NCBI RefSeq assembly: GCF_009914755.1
Contig: NC_060926.1
DNA length: 64,000 nt
Strand: one strand, 5' to 3'
Source: the human T2T-CHM13v2.0 reference genome, Homo sapiens
Part shown: positions 12,092-26,655 of the stretch, piece after piece
Numbering within the stretch: position 1 is the first letter of the stretch
How the letters are laid out: every line of letters starts with the position of its first letter
The notes under the pieces: generated by a model
The model's database searches: none
Seen by the model: the letters and a program-made list of their open reading frames with translations, nothing else
Told to the model about the DNA's origin: nothing
Made by a program: the position numbers and the translations under genes

Positions 12092-13080
12092 CATTAAAAT
12101 TTTAAAAGTTTCCCTTTAAATGATTTTGGCCAGCAAGATTCCTAAATCTGAAAGCAAATGGAGTCAATGCAATTGGGGTGAAACTTAAAGTGTGTTGATA
12201 CAAATTATTTAGAATACTGTATCCTTGCAATTTATTAAAATGTTAATTCCCAATTTAAAAACTCTTAGGGTGAAATTGCTTAACTGAAAGCTATATATAC
12301 TAACTACCAAAATTCCTTATATATTAATTTATGATTCGGTGGCTTATGATGGTGTTCTTAAAATGCTTAAAAGTCACTTGCCAGTTGCAGTAATCTTTAT
12401 TCATTAGATAGACACGGTGCTTTAAAACTTGATTAGTTAACATGACAAATTTGGCAGTAAAGAGAGGCACTCACTTCACAAGGCTAGTAGTGCTTTGACA
12501 TGGTTCCACTGGATTGGTTTTTGATGGATTCCAATAGCATCTGACTTAACCACAGTAACTCTTCAAATTTGCTGGCACCTCTCTTGATTCATTATTGATA
12601 ACTTACTTATCTCTTAGCCTTCAAAACTCAAGTCATCTTTGCTTCACTCACCACATCACTTGTCCTGATTCAATAACCTCTGAAGTTTCCAAAGTGGTTT
12701 ACAGTCACTTCTTTAACTACATAAATTATCTCATATATTTAGAAGGTTGAAATTTACCGTGTGTGCTTGGTACTTTTTGTTTCTTAACCACATTTGATCT
12801 CTTAAAGTTATTCAGTAAATGGTTTCATTAACATTACCTTTCTCTAGTGAGAACTTAGGAAGTTCAGATATGTTATAAACTAAGCACCTGTTATCATTTT
12901 ATTTTTTCATTCTTCAACAAAATATTACCCAGAAAATGAAGTATATTAGTATAAAAGAAGAATATATAATCAGTTTTAAAAGATGGTATGTATAAATGTG
13001 TTAGATATAAGCACAGTATGTTTCTGCATTTTGTGAATTTCATTTCTTTTCTTTCAAACATCTCATCTGACCACAAATGC

Positions 13081-13114
13081 GCACACACACACACACGCAC
13101 ACACGCACACACAC

Positions 13115-13152
<38 letters not shown>
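13081..13152. repeat. (CA)n microsatellite, interrupted by CG units
   Basis: Seen directly. Confidence 0.95.
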
Positions 13153-13156
<4 letters not shown>

Positions 13157-15807
13157 TTACCCCCAAGAACACAATGAGATCTCTGGCAGCTCTTACGACT
13201 ACAAGAATGGTGAAGCCTTTTTTTTCTTTTTTTTTTCTTTTTGCTTATACGTATTGCAATCTTTAGAAAAGATATTTTCTAGCACATAATAATCTATTTA
13301 ATTTGGGCTCATGCTAGGCAGAGCTAAAAATTGTAACTCCAGCCATGCTGTTTTTGTACTGCATTCTCTCTATAGTGCTCTATGATCAATACAATGGACT
13401 TCGCATGTTGAAGGAATGGAACGCCTCATAACACCAGCAGTCTTTCACTCTGCTTCAGTATACATGCTTCAGTTTCATCAAGGCTGCTGTCATTTTCCTT
13501 TCCCTGAATTATAGGGTTTTTATCTTTATGTTTTCTTATGACATCTGTCTAATATAAAATAGCTTTATAACCTCTATCCATTTGATATTTTATTGTGTCA
13601 ATACTCAGAAGTAATTTTTCACTTTCTTGTGTCTTCAGAGTGCATTGTTTATATTTTTATTTATTTTTATTTATGTATTTATTTTTTATATTTATTTTAT
13701 TTGTTTTTGTATAAAAGTACTTTAAGGAAACACATACTACATTGGGTTTTAAACTACAGTTAAATATTTTTTAATAAATATATATTCAACACTTGGCACA
13801 AAACACTCTATTAGACATTTTTAATATTAGCATTGAAAATTTCAGAGACTTATTCTTTAATGATGTGTAAAGCATAAATACAAAGATTACAAAGTGGAGT
13901 AAAGTAAGTACGATGATGGAAATTATCATGTAGTGGGGTTTAAAAGAGAGGCAAATTATTTCCAATTGTAGTATTTGAAAAGGACTCCATGGTCCAGATG
14001 ATATTTGATAGGTTTTGGAGAATAATGAAAAACAAAGCTGGTGAGGGAGAAGCCAAAATAGTTGTAATCTCTAAAAAGTCAAACATACAAAAAAAGCACA
14101 CATTTACAAATAGATAAACTATTGCACATTTATTGAATGGTTAAAATTATTTTACTTCAAATTTGCCTCAAGCATAAAATAATTTACAAGTCAATCTATT
14201 TGCCAATAATTTTTATCCAGTATATCTGCACAATGCTGAAACAGAGTTATAGAAAGCATTTATCTAGTGAAAGAGATTATAAGGGTTAAGTCTATTTCAA
14301 CCTTTATAGACATTTAGGTAACAGTGAAATGTGTGTTTGATTATAGATAAAATATAAAGTATAGCAGCTGAAATCTTTGGTGGATTCAGCTTATATCATA
14401 ACAAAATATCCAACTGTGTTGGCAAATGAAATCTTACCATAGTACTTCTATACACCATTATTCTATTGAAGCAAAACATAATCTGGATCTAAGTGTAGGT
14501 TGCAAATTTCATTTACTACAGCTTAATTCCTGAATGTGAAATATGTCATCAAATTTTGATAAAACAAATTAATGGAATGTTTTTAATTATATTCCATAAA
14601 AGCTGCTTAAAAGTTTATGTATGTGTGTTTATACATATGTGTGTATGTATATATACATATATTTAATTATTCACAGGACACATATATAAATGGACAAAAT
14701 ATCACCCCTGAATTTGAAAAAAAAAATTTTAAAGAGCAAAGTAATATAGTGAGTACAAAAGTATCAATTATATATGAAGTATTAAGATTACCTCTTCTAT
14801 CTTGTCAACTCATCCATAACTTGTTTTTTCCTTCTCTCTATTCTTGTGATCTTCATTAATGGCGTAGTTATTTAAAAAGGTTCCTTAATTGCCGAGTTTT
14901 TAAATGTGATGTTTTCTAAATGTATACATGTTTTTCAATGGTTAGCTTCTACTCTTTCTCTAATTTTAGGGAATTTTTGTATGACCATCCTATTAGGCAA
15001 AAGTTATTTGTGCATTTCCTTTATTTTGACAAGTGTCACAGCTGCATATGAATATTAATATGATCAAGAAATTAATCGTTGTAACCTCTACCAAGTGTCT
15101 ATGAAAGCAGGGCTCTATCTGTACAGTCCCTGGTAAATAGTAAGTGCTGGATGAATGTTTGTCAAAAAAATCAATAAATGGATACAAATTGTAAAGATTT
15201 CACAAAAGCCACAAATATATTTAAAAGGTGTAGTTTCTCATGGAATAACAAAATGAACAATATAAAAAGCAGCTGGAATATTTACTTTAAAATTTTTCTT
15301 ATTTTCAATTAGTATATTTTCAACTGATATTCTTTCCACTAATGTTTCTATTCTCTGCTTATATTATGTATTGGAGATCCTTAAATAACAGGATAAGGAA
15401 TTTCTAGGCAATTTAATAAAATATATTTAGGACAAGGAGGGATGTGTGTGAATATTGGTGACAGAAGTTATAATAAATGCTTATAGTTATTTTAATTATA
15501 ATTAATGAGGTTTAGGTGATGATTCAAGAAAGCAGGAAGTATATATTTTTGGTATTCATCATTTTGGGTTTAAAAATTGCGTTCCTTCCTTTTAGGTACT
15601 CAGTTTTAAAAACAGTATTTCCATAGGTGATTAGAGTAGAGCAAGTATGCCATGTTGCCACTGTCCTGGTGACAAAAATGTCCCTGTATTCTTTGAAGAT
15701 AATCAAGGATGACAAACAAACCCCAAACTCATCATTGTTGTGTTTCTGCACCCCTCTTTCCCACCCTGTGACATGCAAGAATCTAGGACTGCAAAAGGCT
15801 CCTATGC

Positions 15808-16570
<763 letters not shown>

Positions 16571-17763
16571 TAGAAAGCTGGATTAAAAGGCCAAGCAAAA
16601 AAATATTCTGTAAAGTTATGTTTGCCTCTTGGTTCAAGCCACTTATCAGAAATAAATTCTCTGGTCACAGAACGCAGATTTCGAGCCCAGAATATATCTC
16701 ATATTTCCAGTACACTCCCCAGTGTAAAAGAAAGAATCAATAATTACAAGGCTAAAAGTGATGGGTGATCATAAGTCCATGTCATGGATCTTTTCCTTTT
16801 TCTATTTCTATTTCTTTTTTTTTTTAGGCAGTGTCTCAAAATTTCTCAATTTGAGGAAATAGCCCTGCCACTGTCATTTCTAATTAAATTAATTAGACTA
16901 TTAGACTGTCTTAGAGTATTTTTCAGTGCCTCAGCTGGCATTCTTTGTAGTTCTCTGTGCAACTTCAATGCAGGTTACTTCTTTCTAGCTGAGATTTTTT
17001 TAAAGGAGTTTAATATTCTGGCATGGACATGGAAAAATAAAATACACAACAAATCTTCCATTTTTAATTACAGAAAATATTCAAAAGTGTTCATTATTGC
17101 AAATGTGCTCAGAGGATGTTCAGAATTTTTCAAAATGGAGAAATGAAGAAAACGAGAAGAAAATTTTGTTTAATATATAACTTGAGAATGCAGAATGATT
17201 ATTAAAAATGTATTAACTGTTGAGACAAAGTTTGCAAAAAGCTCCTGGGGATTAGAGAGCCTTATTATTCCTATATTAAATGCTGAGGTTGAAAGAACAT
17301 GATTCATAACTAGATGGGGATGACCAGATGAATTTCAGATTCCATAAGCACAGTTAAAAATTTTCCCTAAATTCCCTTTTGTACTATAGAATTGCAAGCT
17401 ATAGATTTTGTATGAGAGGGTTAATAGTCATCTATGATAATGTAGATGTAGAACACAGAGTAGCAAATAGAAAGATTTAAGATTCTCTGGACAATAAGGA
17501 AGGATTCGCCTAAAGGTTTTAACTGAATGCATGAAGAGCAATATGTCCAACACTTGAATATATTTATCAAGTAGACATAGGAAAATTAACCATTTTTGTA
17601 CTATCATTGTATAGATTACAGGGATTAATAAAGCTTTGTAAAATAAGAAGTTTTCCACATATATTTATCAGAATTTTTAGTATATTCAGCAAATACAAGA
17701 CTTTAATGTAAATGATGCTTATAATTGAATATTCTTTTCAGAGTAAATGTTACCTTCAATCAC

Positions 17764-17767
<4 letters not shown>

Positions 17768-17801
<34 letters not shown>
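17768..17801. repeat. poly(T) tract
   Basis: About 34 T residues. Confidence 0.95.
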
Positions 17802-17802
<1 letters not shown>

Positions 17803-18167
17803 GTACACCACCAATTATCTTCTTATTTTCTGGTCTGGATTCTTCTCCAATCCCTTGAACTATTGAAATTGCTTCCCAGACTCAACAGCATCCTCCTCAT
17901 TGCCTAAATTTTCTCCATAATCATTCTTTTTCATCATTTGGCATGTTGATTAGTCAACCCCATACTTGTTGAACTTCCCACCTTTCCTCATTACATTTTT
18001 AAAATATTACAATATCCTTAGAATTTTATCTTCTTCTAAGTGTTTCTTTCTTTTATGCTTTGCTTAAATAAGTTCCTATTTTTTCCAAAAGACTACATCC
18101 TGTAAGAATAGTGTCCAGAGATTAGTGATCAGACTTTCTTTTTATCATTCTCCCTTAAAGGAAATAA

Positions 18168-18290
18168 TATTAAATTAAGATTAGCCTAAAATTGCCTTTG
18201 TATAACTTAGGTCTAAAGGTTACTCCATACATAGTAAACTCTAACCTAACTGTATGTGCAAAGAGACTGTAACCTACTCTTGTAACTAAT
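18168..18290 (+). mobile_element. MER57-like ERV1 LTR 5' fragment
   Basis: 'ttaaattaagattagcctaaa...ctaaaggttactccatacatagtaaactctaacctaac...gactgtaacctactcttgt' resembles the MER57 start. Confidence 0.6.
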
Positions 18291-18299
18291 GGCCAAGAA

Positions 18300-20615
18300 A
18301 GATGTTGCAAGATGGCAGATAGAACCCTCCAGCAATCATCTCCCTGCAGGAACGCCAAATTGAAGGATAGTGAACACTATCCACACAGGAAAACATCTTC
18401 TTACGAACCAAAAATCAGGAGAGTGATTACAATATCACTCTCCAACACAGAGACAGAGAGATCCAATTTTGGGGGGGAAATTAAGGGAAGACAATAAGAG
18501 ACTGCCAGGTATTTGAGGGAATTTTTCTGGTTATTACCCAAGTTAACCAAGGTGATAAATCTGCAGTTCTAAAAGACTCAGTGTTACTAGGCTTGAGGTG
18601 CCCTCTAGTACAGATACAGCTACAGTGACCAAAGACTTAGATCACAATACTCAATTCCCTTTGAATACCTGGAAAGCATTCTCAAAAAGAAAGGATACAA
18701 ACAAGCCCAGATTGCAAAGAATAAAATAAATACCTAACTCTTTAATGCCCAGACACTGGCAAACATCCACAAGAATCAAGAACATCCAAGAAAATATGAC
18801 TTTCCCCAAGTGAACTAAAAAAGGCACCAACAACCAATCCCAGAGTGACAGAGATATGTCACCTTTCAGACAAGGAATTCAAAATAGTGGTTTTGAGAAA
18901 GCTGAATGAGCAGAAAAAAAAATAAAAAAGAATTTTAAAATGAAGCATTCCTATAAGGTCTAGAAAATAGCCTCAAAAAGGCTAATCTAAAAATTACCTT
19001 TACCACAGTTATTGAACATAGTACTGGAACTCCTAGATGGAGAGATAAGATAAAAGAAAGATATAAAGGGCATTCAAATGGATCCGAAGAAGCTGAACTA
19101 TCTTTGTTAACACATGATGTAATCTTATATTTACAAAAACCTGAAGACTCTACCAAAAAACTATTAGAGCTAATAAACTTAGTAAAGTTGCAGGATACGA
19201 AATCAACATACAAAAATCTGTAGCATTTCTACATGTTCACAGTTAACAATCTGGAAAAGAAATTAAGAAAGCAATTCCATTCACAGTTGCTACAAATGAA
19301 ATATCTAGGAATAAACTTAACAAAAGAAGTGAAAGATCTCTAAATCTATGTTTAGATAAAAACTAAATAAAATAGTAAATAACTACAAAACTTTAAAAAT
19401 AAAATAACTAAATAACAATAAAAACTAAAGAACATTAATATTTATGAGAAAAAGTGAAGAGGACACAAAAAGTGAAAAGATTTTCCATGTTCATGAATTG
19501 GAAGAATAGATACTGTTAAAATGTCCATACTACCCAAAGCAATACATAGATTCAATGCAATCCCTTTCAAAATACAAAGGACATTCTTCACAGAAATAGA
19601 AAATATAGCCCTAAAATTTATATGAAACCACAAAAGACCCAGACTAGCCAAAGCCATCTTGAACAAAAAGAACAAAACTGGAGGTATCACGTTACCTGAC
19701 CTCAAATTATATTACATAGCTATAGTAGCCCAAACAGCACAGTACTGGCATGAAAACAGAAACATAGACCAATGGAACAGAAGAGAAAACCCAGGGATAA
19801 ATCCATACATCTACAGTGAGATCATTTTCAATAAAATTGCCAAGAACATACATTGGATTAAAGACAGTTTCTTCAATAAATGTTCTGGAAAAACTGGATA
19901 TCTAAATGCAGAAAAAAATGACAATAAACCCATATCTCAATATATGCAAAAATCAAATAAAAATACATTAAAGACTTAAATTTATGATTTAAAACCATGA
20001 AACTACTTAAAGAAATTTTTTGAGAAACTCTCCAGGACATTTTTGTGGGCAAAGATTTCTTGAGTCATACCTCAAAAGCACAGGCAGCGTAAGCAAAAAT
20101 GAACAAATAGGATAACATAGGATCACATAAAGTTAAGTAACTTTTGCAAAGCAAAGGAAAGAATCAACAAAGTGAAGAGACAATTCACGAATGGGAGAAA
20201 ATATCTGCAAACTACCCATCTGACTAGGGGTTAACAAACAGAATATATAAGGAACTTATATAACTCATTAAAAAAATCTAATAATCCAATTAAAATGGGC
20301 AAAAATCTGAATAGACATTTCTCAAAGGAAGACATACAATGGTTAACAGGTATATGAAAAGATGCTCAACATAGTTAATCATTAGAAAAATAAAAATTAA
20401 AATTACGATGAGATATCATCTCACTTCAGTTAGAATCATTTTTATCCAAAAGAAAGCCAATAATGAAGTGAAGGTTAGTGAAAATGTGGAGAAGGTGGAC
20501 ACCTCATACACTGTAGGTGGGAATGTAAATTAATACAGCTACTATGGAGAACAAATAAATGTAGAACAACCATATTTCGGCAATCCTGCTACTTGGTATA
20601 CTACCCCAGCAAATG
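18300..20615 (+). mobile_element. L1MA/L1M1-type LINE with large internal deletions (5'UTR, start of ORF1, then directly ORF2 RT/C-terminal part)
   Basis: 5' start 'caagatggcagatag'; ORF1-like text to ~19000; ORF2-like from ~19008; ORF 19659-19979 contains [12 protein letters not shown]...IDQWNR. Confidence 0.85.
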
Positions 20616-20635
20616 GTTTGAAAAATATGAAAATA

Positions 20636-23561
20636 TAGTGAGCCCTTGAACAATGTGAGGGTTAGGGGTGCCTATCCCTGCATGGTCGTATTACTTTTGC
20701 ATATAACTTCTGCATATAACATTTGACTCCTCCAAAACTTAACTACTCATAACCTGCTGTTGACTGGAAGCCTTACCAATCATATAAATAGACAATTAAC
20801 ACATATTTTGTGTGTTATAAGTATATAACATTTACATATATATGAAATTACATGTATATAAAATGTTATATGTATAACATTTTCTTTTCTCTAGCTTACT
20901 TTATTGTAAGAATACAGTATGATATATAGAATTAAGTATATGATATATATGATCTGATATATAGGATTCTATATATCATACTGCATTCTATATTATACTG
21001 TATATAATATATATATCTTACTGCATTCTTACAATAAAGTAAGCTAGGGAAAAGAAAATGTTTCTAAGAAAATTATAAGAAGACAAATATATTACTAGTC
21101 ATTAAGTGGAAGTGGATTATCATAAGGGTCTTCATCATCATTGTCTTTACATTGAGCTGAGGAGGAGGAGAGACACGGGTTGTTGATCTTGCTGTCACAG
21201 TGTGTCAGATGTAGAAAAGGTGGAGAAGTTGGTAGGGGAAGCAGGAGAGGCAGGCATATTTGGTGTAATTTTAAGCAAACACATTTTAATTTCTGTTTGA
21301 CTTCTTTTGTTTTATCATTTCTCTAAAATTGTTTCTATATGATAGCAATTCTTCCTGACTTTCTATGTCCATAACATAGAAAGTTCCATGTATGTCATAA
21401 AATAAGTCAAAAGCAATGTTGAATAATTAGAACCCTTCTTGTAGATTGTCTAATGTCAATTTGTTTTCTTGCCCTGCTTCTTCTAAGTCTTCTTCCTTAT
21501 CATATGGCCCTGGTTTGGAAAAACTCATCTCCATCAGGTCACCTCTGCTAATTCCTCTGGTGTGGTCTCCATTAACTCATAAATATCTCCGAGATCCATA
21601 TCTTGAAACTCTTTGCCTCTCACCTTTATTGCCATATCCACAATCTCTTTCATGATTTTTTTGATTGGCTCTACTGTAAATCTTGTGATGTAATGCACAT
21701 CTGGGCATAGTTTCTTCCAACATGAATTTATTATTTCTGACTTGATGGTTTTCACAGAATTTTTTCCATAACAATGATGGCATCTTCAGTAGTGTAGTCC
21801 TTCCAGACTTTCATGATGATTGCTCTATCAGGATTCCTTTTCCCAGTGTTCACAATCCATTTCATATAATACTATGTGTAATTAGCCTTAAAGGTCCTTA
21901 TTGCCCCCGATCTAGAGGCTGAATTAGAGACGTTGTTTTGGGGGACAAGAAGATCACTTCAACGACTTCAATGTTGAGCTCATTGGCTTTTGGGTTGCCA
22001 GGGGCATTGTTCAATATCAAAAGGACTTTGAAGGCAATCCCTTACTGACAAGGTACTTCCTGACTTCATGGACAAAGCATCAATAACACCGACCAAGAAA
22101 AAAACGTGAAAATGTGTTCTCGTCCAGGCCTTCTCGTACAACCAAAACACTGGTAGCTGGAGTTTATCTTTTCCCTTCAAGGTTTGGGGATTAGCAGCTT
22201 TATGAACTAGAACAGTCCTGATCATAAATGCAATAGCATTTGCATAAAACAATATAGTTAGCCTATCTCTCCCTGTCTTAAATCCTGCACTTGCTTATTT
22301 TTCTTACTTATGCATGTATGTCCTTTGTGGCATTTTCCTGTCAAGATTATGATATCTTTGTCTGCATTAGAAATCTGTCCCGGAAGACATCCTTTCTCCT
22401 AAATAAATTCCTTAATGGTGTCTGAGAACTCATCTGCTACCTCTTGATCAGCAGAGGCTGCTATTCCTGTTGTCTTGACATTTTTTAAAGCCAAAGCTCT
22501 TTCTAAATGTATCAAACCATCCTTTGCTGGCATTAAATTCTCCAGCTTTAGATCCTTCAGTTTCTTTTTGGTTTAAGTTTTTATATAATGACTTTGCTTT
22601 TTCTCGAGTCACATTAGAGTCTATAGGTATGCCTTTCTTATAGCAATCTTGCACCCATATAACAGCTACGATTTATATTTTCAGTACAATATAAAAAGAT
22701 ATTTGCAAAATGTGCAAGGTTTTCACACCTACTGGTGAAGTGGCAGCAACTGCTTTATGCATTTCTTTTTCATTTTTTCTCAGGGTTCTTATGCTGGATT
22801 CATTTATCTAGAAATGGCAGGCATCTGCAGCTGCAAATCTCAATCTATGGCACATATCAAAAAATTTGACCTTTTCTTGTAATGTCATGACTTTTTCTGC
22901 TTCTTGGGACCACTTTCAACGTCAGTTGTGGCCCTTTGTATGGGTCCCGTAATATTATTCAAGATTTATGATATTGCAATAAACACAATATAAAGTCCCA
23001 GAGAAGTGCAAAGTGCAAGAGATCACTTTTTACTGCAATACACAATTTACTGGAAAGATGAACTGCTCATGCTAAGATGATTAATGTCAGGGCATTTTAA
23101 GTAGATATTTGCAACAACATTTGAGCTCATCACAATAGCAACAGGAAGTAGCTATGAAATTATTAAAACAGTACAGTATTACTACAGTTAATTTTATGCA
23201 GTTGTGATTTAATGCAGCATCTTAATGTTTGTTTAAATTTCTCTGAACTGCAAATGGCACCACGTACGATATGTGTGTATAAGTTACAATAAATTATAAA
23301 TTATAACTTTTTAATAATAGATTCATGCATATTTGATGATAGCATATGATAAACTATTATATAAAATACATTTTATGCATTGATTACATACCTAACTTTT
23401 TCTTAATTGTTTTTTGGTGTCTACGTTATGCTGTTCACCTGCAAGGTTTTTTTGAAATTGTTGCAAGTCTCCAAAAATGTTTCCGAACTATTTATTTAAA
23501 AAAAAATCTGAGCATAAGTGGACTTGTGCAATTCAAACCCATGTTGTCCAAGGGTCAACTC
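20636..23561 (-). mobile_element. Tigger2 DNA transposon (TcMar/pogo), near full length
   Basis: TIR-like ends 'tagtgagcccttgaacaa' and 'ttgtccaagggtcaactc', TA on both flanks, and transposase fragments on the minus strand. Confidence 0.9.
21534..22900 (-). pseudogene. Tigger2 transposase remnant (CENP-B-type HTH plus DDE), frameshifted
   Basis: Fragments REKAKSLY...FNASKGWFDTFRK (CENP-B-type HTH), KAANPQTLKGKDKLQLPVFW and INSCWKKLCP lie in different frames. Confidence 0.85.
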
Positions 23562-24049
23562 TATAAGTGTAAACCTTATAAAGATCATTTTTATCTTTAA
23601 AAGTCCACAATTTTATTACTAATTATACAACAGAGTCCTAACTACTTAGCTTCACAAGGCCATGTTAACTTTTCCTGACTCAGCTGTACACCCTCAGCTG
23701 TCCCTCACTTCTCTAGTACTCTTCTAAAGATAAACTGGAAATGTTTTCATTTCATAATGTTCTGATTCTGATTCTACATACATACTTCCTTTGGCTATTA
23801 TTAACCAATTCCTCCCTCAAAAATATCACTTGCCCAAGATGCCCATCATAGCTCACCTATTCTGTGAGGCTTCCCCTGATAATGCTATTAGAGATAATTT
23901 TTCATGTCTCTGTAACATATTATATTTACGGCACTGTGGTTCTAAACACAGCATAATCTTGCTTTATCAGATAACATTTGATTTGCATCAGGATCCACCA
24001 CATGCTAAACATTCAATTTTGAAACAGTAACTTAAACACCATGTTACCT

Positions 24050-24190
24050 TTTTTATTTGTAAAGTGAAGATAAAATATTTTAAAATACAAACAATTATTG
24101 TGAACATTAAATGAGTTATTGAATATGAAATTTTTCTCACAGCACCTGGAACATAGCAATCAATAAGTAATAGCTGTAATTATTTATTAA
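24050..24190 (+). mobile_element. MIR core fragment
   Basis: 'tttgtaaagtgaagataa...ttgtgaacattaaatgagtta...cagcacctggaacatag...caataa'. Confidence 0.6.
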
Positions 24191-24264
24191 AATGTATCCA
24201 TTTACTGCCTGTAACTAAACAGGAAATGATGTATTATTACTGCTTTAATTGAATTTATGATTAT

Positions 24265-24400
24265 ATTTTCTTCCTCTAGATTGTAAACTCTGTAAACTCC
24301 TGCAGTGCAGGAACAATTACTTTCAGCCTCTTTGCACTCATGGAGTAACAAAATGCCTGTCACAGTAAATAAATAATATCTACTGAATGAATAAACAACA
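24265..24400 (+). mobile_element. L2 3' end
   Basis: 'ctagattgtaaactc...tgcctgtcacagta...tactgaatgaataaa'. Confidence 0.55.
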
Positions 24401-24937
24401 TAAATATATAAACAGCTAGTTTAGGTTGCTATTAGCATTGCGTACCATATATGAAGTGAATGTGCACAGCAGAACTAATTGGGCAGAAAATATTTCCATT
24501 ATAGTCTGTCAAAACTAAGGCATCAGCACTTGTAACACATATAATGTAAATAAGTAAATATCTGCTTTAATTAATGCTATTGAAAAATTTCTCTTTTCCA
24601 CCTGAATTCTCTCCTATCAGAATATGGCAAGTAATAAAGAGATTCAGCCTGTGTTGTAAGGGGCTAAAGGCAGATCGTTTTTTTAAACTTAGATTTGGTA
24701 GATGGCAGGGAAAGGAACACCAAGACATTTGAAGGAGAGTGATACTTATTTTTTATCACAAAGAAGTAAGAAGAGAAATAGAAAACCTATTTTTTCACCA
24801 AAATAGGCCTTCCATATATATGGGTTTAATCAACATATACAAAGTTACATATATTAAGTATATTATATATGAGGACATTGGAGAAGGGATCCCTGGCTTG
24901 AAGAATCTTCAAAAGTGTCTATATCGCTATTGTCCAA

Positions 24938-25103
24938 TACAAATACTGTCCAATATGGTAGCCCTAGCTACATGAGGTTACTGAGCACTTACAATGTTAC
25001 TAAAGCAATTCAGAAAATTAAATTCTAATTTCAATAAGTTTTTATTGACTTAAGTTTAAATTTAAGTAACCACATATGGCTACTAACATGGGACAACACA
25101 GGT
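24938..25103. mobile_element. MER3/MER33-type hAT-Charlie MITE
   Basis: 'ctgtccaatatggtagcc...ctgagcactt...aaccacatatggcta...ggacaacacag', with inverted termini. Confidence 0.65.
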
Positions 25104-26297
25104 ATATGTTAACTCTAAATCTTCAAAAGTATACAAAAAGAAATAAAAATATCTCTCACAAGTTGACCTTGATTTGGTATACCTTTCCTTTTTCCATACA
25201 ATTTTAGGAAATTTCAACATTCATAATTTATCCTCAGTTTCCACACCACTAATTAAAGTGATTTTAAGTTACATTTCAGTAGCCAATCTGTCAGTGAGTT
25301 GTATGCATGACTCCCCATATCTGAAATTATATTATAATTAACTCAAGGAAATTATTATAAATATGGGGAATTTTTTTCTCAGGAAACTCACATTTCTTTT
25401 GAGATGAAAGTACACACATGTGAGAATTTTTTTTTAAATATCAATGTCAATTTTATACAAACTTAAACCTAATCTGATTTATTAGAGACAATATATTTCT
25501 GATAAGAAGAAACTCCTCATGGATTTTTTGATAAGAATGTTTTGATAATGTTTCTTTAAATTCAGTACTAGACACTGAATTTAAAGTAAATACTGAGCAT
25601 CTTTGGAAATGCCAATTCAAATATATAAGCGTATACATTTTAAACATCCATTCTGAGTTATTTAATGTTGCTGAGATCACACAATGAAAACTATTATATC
25701 TAACTTCAAATATATAATTACTAAATAGCAGAAAATTATATGCCTTAAGAAAAAACATGGCCCTTTACATTAGCTATAGAGAGCATCTTACAGTTGTTTT
25801 CCTTTGTTTCTGTCTCTGAACAAAAACTATACAAAAAATTGTTAGATTTTAAAGAACTAGAAATACTGAAATTCCAATTTTATATTGACTTTAACCCAAA
25901 GTAAATAGAGGAGATTTTCTCTGTAGATGTGAAAAGCAAAGTCTATGACCCCAAGTGAAATCAGATTGCCGCTTTAATTTGATTGAGAAGTTCCAGTTCT
26001 GAAGACAGCTGGACACAGCAGAGTAGGAAGTAAGAATTATAAGGCTGATATACTCAATGATCTGAGTTTCCTTAAGGAAAAATAAACTACTTAGAACATG
26101 GAAAGAGACACATGCCTTGAAATTCTATAGTGGCTAGCAAGACTACCTCATTATTGTTAATTGCTACATATTATTGCATTATTTATTTTGAAGCACTTTA
26201 TAGATTTTAAAATTCCTTTCTATATTAAATATTGATGAATGATGTCTATGCATAAAAGGAAACATAAAGTAGATTTTGTTTTATTTTGGTGGGAGGT

Positions 26298-26655
26298 TGT
26301 TAGTCTGTTTTGGTTGCTATAGCAAAATATCTTAGACTGGGTAATTTTAAACAATAAAGATTTATTGCTCACAGTTCTGGAGGGTGGGAAGTCCAAAATC
26401 AAAGGGCTATCAGATTCCTGTCTGGTGAGGCCACTTCCACACACTTCACCTTCTTGCAGTGTCCTAACATGGTGGAAAGGGCAAGGGAACTCCCTATATC
26501 CTCTTCTATAAAGGTGCTAATCCTAGTCATGAGAGTGAAGCCCTCATGAATTAATCACTTCCCAAAGGCCCCACCTTTTAATACTATCACATTGAGTATT
26601 AGGTTCCAGTATATAAATTGTAGAAGGAGAGCACACCAATAGTTAGATCAGAGCC
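26298..26655 (-). mobile_element. MLT1A/MSTD-type MaLR LTR
   Basis: 'ttagtctgttttggttgctatagcaaaata...tttattgctcacagttctggagg..gggaagtccaaaatcaa...taatcacttcccaaaggccccacct'. Confidence 0.8.

Noticed and set aside
12894-13289. His-Thr and Val-Cys repeat ORFs (also 2126-2341 and 34959-35204)
   Set aside because: Translations of (CA)n/(TG)n microsatellites.
16784-17146. 120-aa hydrophobic ORF (similar ones at 4746, 30306 and 35575)
   Set aside because: Phe/Leu/Ile bias reflects T-rich DNA; no motif or splice structure.
21534-22900. Possible domesticated TIGD/CENP-B-like gene
   Set aside because: The transposase is broken across frames and lies within TIRs with a TA TSD, so it is a decayed Tigger2.
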